A DNA stretch of 64,000 nucleotides from an uncultured bacterium (GTDB lineage: Bacteria; CAYUVA01): positions 1 to 64,000 of the forward strand of contig CAYUVA010000020.1 in assembly GCA_964448115.1 (NCBI GenBank), given 5' to 3'. The position numbers and the translations under genes are program-made. Positions 29,661 through 37,660 of the stretch are shown in pieces (position 1 is the stretch's first letter; every line of letters begins with the position of its first letter). A model generated the notes under the pieces. It saw only the letters and a list, made by a program, of their open reading frames with translations. It was not told the DNA's origin and made no database searches.

Positions 29661-31724
29661 GTGAGCAAAATAGGGAATAAATCGCACCATCCAATCTGGG
29701 CGATGGTTATCTTCTTGCTTTTCTTCATGCTCTACTCGTACACCTTGTCCCCAGATATTTGCTACTATGACTTCGGGGATATCGTCAGTGCAAGCCATTA
29801 TCTTGGGATAGCACATCCCTCTGGTTATCCACAGTATGTTACGCTGAGCCGGATCTTCCACCTGCTTCCTTTAGGGAGCATCGCCTACCGAAACAGCCTA
29901 TTTACCGCGCTTATAGGCTCGATTGCAGTTATGTTATTTTTCATTTTGCTGCTATCGGAGAAACTAGGGTTTTATTGTTCTCTCTTCGGCGCTTTTTTGC
30001 TTGGATTCTCGGTCAATGTCTGGGAGCTATGCAACTCGGCTGAGATATACTCGCTGGCATTATTTTATGTTATCGCCCTATTGTTTATTTACACAAGGAT
30101 GCGCCAAGGGGAAGCAGGTTCTTTTCGCACCTGGCTATTTCTATGTTTTGTCGCTGGTTTATTCGTTGCTCATCACCTAATGAGCGCACTAGCCATCGGC
30201 GCTATCGGCTTTACCATGATAATAATGAAGGAATACCATTTCAGACTCAAGGGGTTCTTTCTCGGCTTATTATATTTTATTCTCGGCGCTTCAAGTTATC
30301 TGTTCGTGCCCATAAGGGCATCGTTGGATATCCTTTATAACTGGGGTAAGCCGGACACTCTCAAGAGCGTCATCTACCATTATCTTGCCCGGCAGTACCA
30401 GGGGCGGATGTTCGAGCTGAGCATATTCAAGATAAAGCAGATGCTCTTTTTCGGAGTGGAACTTCTAGCGCGACAATGGGGTGTCCTGGTTATTATTTTA
30501 GCTTTTTTAGGTCTGTTAAAGTTTGCCTGCTCCCATCGTCTTTTAAAGATGCTTTTAATATTTAGCAATGCTGTATTTTTGCTTTATGTGATCGATCCCT
30601 CCTTTTTCATACCAGCCTACCTAGTACTTTCCTGGCTGGCTGCGGATGCTATGCGAGGTATAAGCGATCTCAAGACTGTAAGCTCAAACAAAATCCTGGG
30701 CAAGATGTTGATGGTCGGGATGTTGCTGCTTTTATTAGGAACAGGAATTCGCTCATATCTTATAGCCGATAAGCGAGGCAACTACCTACCTTCAATTCTC
30801 CTAAGGCAAACTTTCTATAGTCTTCCGCCCGGCTCGATTGTTCTCACCTCGACTGATGATATCGGCTTCAACGCGTGGTATCTCACCTTGGTAGAGCGCG
30901 CATTACCTTCCATTGTGCACATCCACAAGCCGGCGCTGAGCTGGCGGGGGTATGTTGATGTGCTCAGGTCGCAGTATCCTGGTCTTCTTGAGCGATTAAG
31001 CCAGATAAACCCAAAGAATCAAGCTGATACTGACAGCGCTTTGGCATTCTTGAGATTAGTCGAGGAGGCTTATGTTGGACAGAGGGCTATTTTCATAGAG
31101 CCAGATCCAGATGGGATCGATCCCCCAGCCCACAAAATGCTCCCTCATGGAGTGCTTTATCGGTTGGCTGCCCCTGAAATGGGGGATGCCGAGTCTGCCA
31201 TGCGAAGGCTGCATATCCTGCATGAAATGATGAGCGCCAGTCCCTATTTCGAGAACGATCGTGATGCCAAGAGAAACATTGCCCTTGGATATATAAATCT
31301 GGGAAACTACTATTGCGAGTTGAACTTATGCCATTATGCGGAGTCAGCCTACCGCCGTGCCCTTGAGATCGATCCTGATAATGAGCAGATCTATAACAAG
31401 CTCGGCATGATGGCATTTCAAGCAGCCGATATGGCAAGGGCTAGGGCAGCATTCAGCGAGGCGATTCGATTATCCCCACGATTCATCGACGCAAGGCTGA
31501 ACCTTGCTATAACTTACCATCAGACCGGGCATCTCAAGGCAGCAAAACAGCTATATGAGTCGATATTGTCCATAGAGCCTGGGCACCTTCAAGCGCTGAA
31601 TAACCTGGCAGCGATTTATCTGCAACTAGGAGACCGGCAAAGGGCAAGATATCATGCTGCAAGGGCACTCGATATCGACCCGGACTACCAGCCGGCAGCA
31701 AAACTACTGGAGGAGTTGGAATGA
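29661..31724 (+). CDS. DUF2723 / TMEM260-like GT-C glycosyltransferase with C-terminal TPR array
   Basis: DFGD...LGIAHPSGYP, AEIY, PIRA and NWGKP; several C-terminal TPRs. Start is probably GTG 29661 or ATG 29703; the ORF-track extension to 29511 reads through repeats. Confidence 0.85.
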   Translation: MSKIGNKSHHPIWAMVIFLLFFMLYSYTLSPDICYYDFGDIVSASHYLGIAHPSGYPQYVTLSRIFHLLPLGSIAYRNSLFTALIGSIAVMLFFILLLSEKLGFYCSLFGAFLLGFSVNVWELCNSAEIYSLALFYVIALLFIYTRMRQGEAGSFRTWLFLCFVAGLFVAHHLMSALAIGAIGFTMIIMKEYHFRLKGFFLGLLYFILGASSYLFVPIRASLDILYNWGKPDTLKSVIYHYLARQYQGRMFELSIFKIKQMLFFGVELLARQWGVLVIILAFLGLLKFACSHRLLKMLLIFSNAVFLLYVIDPSFFIPAYLVLSWLAADAMRGISDLKTVSSNKILGKMLMVGMLLLLLGTGIRSYLIADKRGNYLPSILLRQTFYSLPPGSIVLTSTDDIGFNAWYLTLVERALPSIVHIHKPALSWRGYVDVLRSQYPGLLERLSQINPKNQADTDSALAFLRLVEEAYVGQRAIFIEPDPDGIDPPAHKMLPHGVLYRLAAPEMGDAESAMRRLHILHEMMSASPYFENDRDAKRNIALGYINLGNYYCELNLCHYAESAYRRALEIDPDNEQIYNKLGMMAFQAADMARARAAFSEAIRLSPRFIDARLNLAITYHQTGHLKAAKQLYESILSIEPGHLQALNNLAAIYLQLGDRQRARYHAARALDIDPDYQPAAKLLEELE

Positions 31725-31864
31725 TCCCTTTGCTATTTAATAAGTTTGATCTTATCAATCTGAACAAATATTATCGTGGTTGCTTAACTTTGTTGAGATA
31801 GTCGATTTCGTACTGAGTCAAAGTTTAGAACTCGCGAACAAGAAACCAGGATGATAAAAGCTAA

Positions 31865-32155
31865 ATGGATGCGAGAACTAAAAGGATGCTGAGGCTTGCG
31901 GTCATCGCACTGGTGATCTTTTCGCTCGCATTCATCTATTATCATAATTCCAGTGTTCAATATCACCAGATGCAGGATGAGCTTCAGCAACTAAAAAAGG
32001 AGATCGAGGAGCTAAGGGCACAGAACGAACGACTATCCAAGTGGATCGAGTCCTTCAAGAACGATCCCCACTTGCTGGAAAAGGCTGCCCGAGAAGACCT
32101 CGATATGGTAAAAGAGGGCGAGATTATCATCAAGTTCGATACAGAGGCGAAATGA
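31865..32155 (+). CDS. ftsB: Septum formation initiator FtsB/DivIC
   Basis: Single TM, coiled coil, LEKAAREDLDMVKEGEIII motif. Confidence 0.85.
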   Translation: MDARTKRMLRLAVIALVIFSLAFIYYHNSSVQYHQMQDELQQLKKEIEELRAQNERLSKWIESFKNDPHLLEKAAREDLDMVKEGEIIIKFDTEAK

Positions 32156-32745
32156 AAACGATGCCCAAACCCCAAGCCTTCAAAGGCGGTTACTTCTTTG
32201 CACTCGATGGCGCAAGCGGATCAGGGAAATCCTCGATAATGCAAGCCCTTGTAAAAATGATGCCAGATAAACTTCGCTTGATACACCGCTATACGACCAG
32301 GAAAAGGCGACCATCAGATGCCGAGGAGGAATATATCTTCATCAGCCAGGATGAATACAAGAAAATGGTCACCGGGGGAAGGTTCATCGAGCACCGCGAG
32401 TACCTGTTCGGAATGAGCTACGGAACGGTCATCGATGAGGTAAGAAGCATAATCGACAGCGGTCAGAATGCGATCGGGATCATCAACCTGGGCAACGGAA
32501 GAATTGTAAAAGAGCGACTACCGGAAGCGGTTACCATTTTCCTCGAGGTTCCAGCAGAGATGATCGAGCGCAGACTTCGCAAAAGGGGAACACACACACA
32601 GGAGCAGATCCAGGAGCGGGTGGGGAACGCTAGAAAAGCCATGAATTATGCTTCTCACTATGACCATATCGTTAAGAACCTGGATGGGAAGCTCAATGAG
32701 GCGATCAACCAGGTTAAGGAAATAATCGCCTCTTATATAAGTTAA
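32152..32745 (+). CDS. gmk: Guanylate kinase
   Basis: GASGSGKS P-loop, YTTR-x-x-R, YGT and RLRKRGT; ATG overlaps the ftsB stop. Confidence 0.88.
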   Translation: MKTMPKPQAFKGGYFFALDGASGSGKSSIMQALVKMMPDKLRLIHRYTTRKRRPSDAEEEYIFISQDEYKKMVTGGRFIEHREYLFGMSYGTVIDEVRSIIDSGQNAIGIINLGNGRIVKERLPEAVTIFLEVPAEMIERRLRKRGTHTQEQIQERVGNARKAMNYASHYDHIVKNLDGKLNEAINQVKEIIASYIS

Positions 32746-32751
32746 GCGTGT

Positions 32752-34350
32752 TTGGCGTTGGATAGGTTAAAATCAGCATCGATCAAGGTCTTTTTTATCC
32801 TTCTGATTTTAACCGTGATTCTTCGAGTACCCTATCTGGCTATCCCCTTTTTCTGTATCGATGAGGGGGTCTATGCCACCGCAGCCAGGGAGGTACTGCG
32901 CGGGGAGAGACTCTACACCGACCTGTGGCTGCATAAGCCGCCGGGTATCGTTTACATCTATGCCCTTATATTTCTTGTTAAAGATAGCATGACAGCGGTT
33001 CACCTTTTCACCGCGCTGTGGAGCTTTGCCACTTCGATTGCTATCTACCGGGCTATGAGGCTGCTAAGCGACCACCAATCGAGCCTTTTAGCAGCCATTT
33101 TCTATGCTTTCTTCAGCACAAGTTACCTGCCCAGGGATATGCAGGCGGCGAATACGGAGCTTTTCATGGTATTGCCTTTGGTGTTGAGCTTCGGCTTTTT
33201 AGTGGTCGGCATGAAGCGTCAGAGGCTTGGTTATCTCTTTTCAGCCGGACTGTTTTGCTCGCTGGGCATGATCTTCAAGCAGCCGGCTTTGTTCGTGGCA
33301 GTGGCTTTTATCATGGCAATCATCTTGCATTATAGGAAACAAGAGACAATCAATAAATGCATCCTAGCATTGGTCACTTATTGCATCGGCATCATGGTTC
33401 CCCTGGTGGTGCTCATTCTGTGGGCATACAAATCGGGGAGCTTGGGTGATATGCTGCGGCTGGTGGTGGGCTACAACCTTGGTTATGTGAGCGACATCCA
33501 CCCCTTGCAGTATCTTTATCGCGCCTATGATATCAGCATCCGGTTCTTTGGCTATAATTTTCTGCTGCTTTGGCTAGCGCTGGTATGGTTGTTCGCCTCC
33601 AAGCCCGCCAAAGAGGATGATAAAGAAAATGGCAGACTACTGCTTCTTTTTTTACTTGGCAGCCTTCTAGGCACTGCCTCCGGCAACCGTTTCTTTGGGC
33701 ACTACTTCATCCAGAGCCTTCCCGCGCTCTGTATGGTAGCAGCGGTGGCGTTGAGCAGCCTCTTCACTAACATCCAACGCATTGAGAATGGTTTGATATG
33801 CAAGTCATTGTGTGGCTCCCTTATCATACTGGTTGTGCTCGGCTTCATCATACCCTTCCAGCGCTTCCATGGCTATGGGATGATAGACAGCCTGGGACGG
33901 TTGCTCGAAGGTGAAGGAGCATCGCCACTGGTTAGGGAGATCGCAAGCAAACCTCACGATGCCAGTCTGGCTGAGCTGGTTAAGAGTATAACCGAGCCGG
34001 GGGATAAGATCTTTATCTGGGGTTTTTACCCGCAGTTGTACTACCTAAGCGGTCGGCGCCCGGCAAGCAGGTTCATCTTCTGCAACTTCCTTACCGGACT
34101 ACAGCCCGGCTCAGCAGCTTTCTTCGAGGGCCGCGATACAAGCGAATACATAGTAACTGGAAGCCGGGAGCTACTGATGGAGGATCTTGGCAAAAACCGG
34201 CCACGGGTGATAATCGACACCGCACCAGCCGATTACTGGGGCTACAGCAGGTACCCGATAGACAAGTATTGGCAGCTAAACGCCTTTATTGCAAAGGATT
34301 ATCGGCTCTATGCAACCGTGGAGGGCTTTGCCATCTACCAGCGCTGGTAG
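32752..34350 (+). CDS. ArnT/PMT-like GT-C glycosyltransferase (paralogue of 16706-18463)
   Basis: IDEGVY, YTDLWLHKPPG, NTE, FKQP, RFFGHYF and IFIWGF motifs shared with the other copy. Confidence 0.87.
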   Translation: MALDRLKSASIKVFFILLILTVILRVPYLAIPFFCIDEGVYATAAREVLRGERLYTDLWLHKPPGIVYIYALIFLVKDSMTAVHLFTALWSFATSIAIYRAMRLLSDHQSSLLAAIFYAFFSTSYLPRDMQAANTELFMVLPLVLSFGFLVVGMKRQRLGYLFSAGLFCSLGMIFKQPALFVAVAFIMAIILHYRKQETINKCILALVTYCIGIMVPLVVLILWAYKSGSLGDMLRLVVGYNLGYVSDIHPLQYLYRAYDISIRFFGYNFLLLWLALVWLFASKPAKEDDKENGRLLLLFLLGSLLGTASGNRFFGHYFIQSLPALCMVAAVALSSLFTNIQRIENGLICKSLCGSLIILVVLGFIIPFQRFHGYGMIDSLGRLLEGEGASPLVREIASKPHDASLAELVKSITEPGDKIFIWGFYPQLYYLSGRRPASRFIFCNFLTGLQPGSAAFFEGRDTSEYIVTGSRELLMEDLGKNRPRVIIDTAPADYWGYSRYPIDKYWQLNAFIAKDYRLYATVEGFAIYQRW

Positions 34351-34371
34351 CCTCGACCAGGTCTGAAGCAG

Positions 34372-35409
34372 CTAGAAGTTACTGAACCACAATTTGCGCA
34401 ATAAATCCAGGCACACCTGTCGATATTGCTTCCGTGCGGGCAGATGGGGTCTGAAAAATGAAGCCAGGTAGCGGTAAAACAGGCTCAGCGCTCCGAGAAT
34501 ATATAGCGCACATCTGCTCGGCAGCCTGTTGTGCTTGGCAAAGTATCGATACAGGCTGATGTAGCGGTGAAAGAGCCTGGTATGGCTTGTTTCATCTGTA
34601 GCTCCGCCGACCTGGTGCTCGATGACCACTGAAGGGACAAAAACGGTCTTGAAGCCCTCCCTGCGCAGCCGATAACATAGATCAACCTCCTCGTAGTAGA
34701 GGAAGAAATCCTCATCAAAGCCGCCGACCCTATCAAAGGCATCCCTTCTGACCAGCAGGAAAGCGCCGGTTAGGTAATCGACCACCTCAGCTTTGCCTGC
34801 GATCGGCTTGTACTGGGCAAATATGGCTGCCAGCGATGAACGAATTAGCCTAGCCAGGCGGGTATTCCCCTTTGGCACCAGCCCCTTGAGATCGAATAAA
34901 AAGGGGATGACTCGAAGGATGGTGGGGAATGAGCCTCTGCTCGGTTGCAGGCTGCCATCGGGATCGACCAGCATAGCACCAGCAGCGCCGATGCTATCAT
35001 CGCTATAAAGAATCTCAAGTATTGATGTGATGTTTCCTTTTCTATGCTTGATATCTGGATTGACAAAGAGCAATAGCTCTTCACAAGCCGATTCCTCTTT
35101 GCGTTCTTTGCGTCTTTGCGTGATTCTCCATCCTTCTTCCTCATCCATCTTTGCGTCTTTGCGTGAGGCTGTCCTGGCGCCGATGTTGCAAGCCTTTGCA
35201 AAGCCGAGGTTCTTATCGTTGAAGACAAGCTCCACATCCTTTAATTCATTGAGTTTTTCTTTGTCATCGGCTGTGGAGTCATTATCGATAATGATAATCT
35301 GGTGCTCGAAACCATCGCATAGCCGGTGGATCGCCTCCAGGCAGCCGGGGAGGTAGTCAGCCGAGTTGTAATTGACAATTATCGCCGACATTTTCAGGTT
35401 TTCATCCAT
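34372..35409 (-). CDS. GT2 glycosyltransferase (WbbL-like) carrying an in-frame repeat insertion
   Basis: IIVNYNS, NLGFAKACNIG, FVNPD, GAFLLVRR and GGFDEDFFLYYEEVDLC motifs. Confidence 0.92.
   Translation of the reverse strand: MDENLKMSAIIVNYNSADYLPGCLEAIHRLCDGFEHQIIIIDNDSTADDKEKLNELKDVELVFNDKNLGFAKACNIGARTASRKDAKMDEEEGWRITQRRKERKEESACEELLLFVNPDIKHRKGNITSILEILYSDDSIGAAGAMLVDPDGSLQPSRGSFPTILRVIPFLFDLKGLVPKGNTRLARLIRSSLAAIFAQYKPIAGKAEVVDYLTGAFLLVRRDAFDRVGGFDEDFFLYYEEVDLCYRLRREGFKTVFVPSVVIEHQVGGATDETSHTRLFHRYISLYRYFAKHNRLPSRCALYILGALSLFYRYLASFFRPHLPARKQYRQVCLDLLRKLWFSNF
35097..35168. repeat. CTTTGCGT octamer element inside the GT2 coding sequence
   Basis: 3 units + GATTCTCC + spacer + 2 units + GAGG, as at 19627-19684. 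Confidence 0.9.
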
Positions 35410-35414
35410 TCTTT

Positions 35415-35440
35415 CTTTGTGTCTTTGTGCCTTGGTGGTT
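35415..35440. repeat. Related octamer repeat (CTTTGTGT-CTTTGTGC-CTTGGTGG)
   Basis: Fills most of the 34-bp gap between two co-oriented genes. Confidence 0.7.
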
Positions 35441-35443
35441 TTT

Positions 35444-37486
35444 CTATGGTCTCATATCTGACATCATCCCCTCGATGCCCTGGATCATCCTTTTGGCTTG
35501 CTCCTTATCGCTGCTGTACTTAAGTAGTTGCACCGCGTATTCTCTTGCCAGGTCGAGCTTGCCGGTTCGGATAAGCAGATTGACCAGATGATAGAGGATA
35601 TCTACTCGGTCCGGTTTTAGTTCCAATCCCTTCTGGAATATATCGATGGCGGTGAACAATTCGCCGAGTATTTCATAAGTCATGGCTAGATTAAAGTAAA
35701 GGTCGGCTATTTCAGGATAAAGCTCTACTGCATGTTTGAAGTACTTGAGCGATTGGTGAGGTCTGTCGAGAACGCCTGAAAAAATACCCATGAAATTCAG
35801 ATATACATACGATTCATTGTCGTGCTCGAATGCCCGCTCAAGCTCCTCCATATATAGATGGACATTTTGCTTGTTTACGGCTGCGAGGTTTATGACTAAT
35901 GGATTAAGATAACGGTACTCGAATCGGTCGATTATTTCATGGTAAGGTTCTTGGCGACGCAGGTAAATGAGGCATCGGTCATCGAAGTAAACCAATGCGA
36001 AGCGAGCCGATTCGACTATCCCTCTATGTATGCCTATCTCACCAGATGCCTCGGACTTGGGATATTTCAAGAAGAAGCACTCGATATCGTACTTGGTTAA
36101 CAGATAGTAAATCCCTCTCACTCCATTTGAGCTTTCCAGGTAGTCAGCGAGCATCTCTTCTCCATAGAACATGACCCTGCCATCGATGAAAACCTTTATT
36201 TCTGGATATAAATTATAGAGCAGATAACCGCCAAACTCGTATGAATTAAAGATCAGCGGCTTAAGGTTATTTGCTCTAAGAAACTCGATCCCCTGTTTAG
36301 GGACTTGAGTAGTAATCCCCAAAATCCCATTCTCTTCCAGATGTTCTATAAAAGGCTTTGCGGCAAAGCTAGCAATTATTATCATCAGGATAATCGATAC
36401 CGACCATTGTGACTTTCTCGCATATCTTTCTCCCCTTTCTCTCCCCAAGAGGGCAAAGATCTGATCCATTACAATGCTGGCAGCCACACAAACAAAAGGG
36501 CACAAACACAAGCCGAATATGACCACCATGCGCTGACTGCGCCAGAACGGGTATGCTAATGCTATGAAAAGAAGCAGGTAGTTTATCTGCCTTAGCCTCT
36601 CAGGTCCGTTAAGACCGAACCTGGCAACCAAATAGATTAGCAATCCTAATGCAAGGATAAAAAATCCGAGAAGTTGCATGAAATAGGCATCCCACAGCTT
36701 GAATCCCCAGGTAGGCAGCCACTCGTAGATAACCGATAAGACCAGCTTGCCGGCGGTGAACTTGAAAGGAAACAACAGAGCCTTGTAACTAAAAGGATTT
36801 ACAAGGCTACAAAATAGGGATATCACGAAAATTATCGCCATTGTTATAAAGCCTTTTCTGAATATGCTTTTTCTCTTTTGCTGGTCGATGATCGAAGCAA
36901 TGGCAAACGAAATGCACCAGCTTCCCTGGATAAAAAGCCCTATAATATGTCCGCCATGCAAGTTTACCCACAGGATGGTCAAAATAGGCAATAGATATAT
37001 AGAATTGCTAGGGATTTTCAGGATAGTTGAGGATAAAACGAATAAATAGATGCTAATAAACAGGTAGGTGAAAAGATAGGGACGCAGATCCATGAAGATC
37101 CTTGAATAATGAAAGACAAAAGCGATAAAAAAGGCTGCTCCTGGTGGCGAAGCCCCCATCCGCAACCCGGTGAGATAAAGCAACAATGCAGTAGCTATGA
37201 GTAAGGATAACTTGAAGAGATTAAGCAGATAAAATCCTCCCCAGTTATGCAACAGGTAGAATATGATCTGGCTAGCCCACTGGTGATTGAGCCAAGGCTG
37301 TCCATTCTTGGTATGAGAGAAGACATCGGTAGTGAGAATCTTTCCCTGTGATACCATTACCTCCCCGCTTTTAAGGTGCAGCCAGAAATCAGGATCAGAG
37401 ATGGGATATACCGTAAGCATGGCTACTGCTATACACAGTATTAGTCCACCGGTCATTGACCATGATTTGCTATTATCTTTTCTCAA
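35444..37486 (-). CDS. Polytopic membrane protein (GT-C-like) with C-terminal TPRs
   Basis: DPDFWLHL-x-x-G, RP, LWVNLHGG, EW-x-P, GGYL and FIDGR motifs; TPRs at the C-terminus. Confidence 0.75.
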   Translation of the reverse strand: MRKDNSKSWSMTGGLILCIAVAMLTVYPISDPDFWLHLKSGEVMVSQGKILTTDVFSHTKNGQPWLNHQWASQIIFYLLHNWGGFYLLNLFKLSLLIATALLLYLTGLRMGASPPGAAFFIAFVFHYSRIFMDLRPYLFTYLFISIYLFVLSSTILKIPSNSIYLLPILTILWVNLHGGHIIGLFIQGSWCISFAIASIIDQQKRKSIFRKGFITMAIIFVISLFCSLVNPFSYKALLFPFKFTAGKLVLSVIYEWLPTWGFKLWDAYFMQLLGFFILALGLLIYLVARFGLNGPERLRQINYLLLFIALAYPFWRSQRMVVIFGLCLCPFVCVAASIVMDQIFALLGRERGERYARKSQWSVSIILMIIIASFAAKPFIEHLEENGILGITTQVPKQGIEFLRANNLKPLIFNSYEFGGYLLYNLYPEIKVFIDGRVMFYGEEMLADYLESSNGVRGIYYLLTKYDIECFFLKYPKSEASGEIGIHRGIVESARFALVYFDDRCLIYLRRQEPYHEIIDRFEYRYLNPLVINLAAVNKQNVHLYMEELERAFEHDNESYVYLNFMGIFSGVLDRPHQSLKYFKHAVELYPEIADLYFNLAMTYEILGELFTAIDIFQKGLELKPDRVDILYHLVNLLIRTGKLDLAREYAVQLLKYSSDKEQAKRMIQGIEGMMSDMRP

Positions 37487-37660
37487 TCATCGATTCCAAG
37501 GACAGCAAAAAGGTCATTAGCCCCTATTTTCCGCCAATTCAGTAATATCAATTCACCATATCGGTTGCAACTTTATAGCCCTTTTCATTTTATAAATGAA
37601 TGTGTATTATCTAGAACATAGAGGTAAAAAAAAAGAGTTTGAAACGGATTGGAAGGAAAA

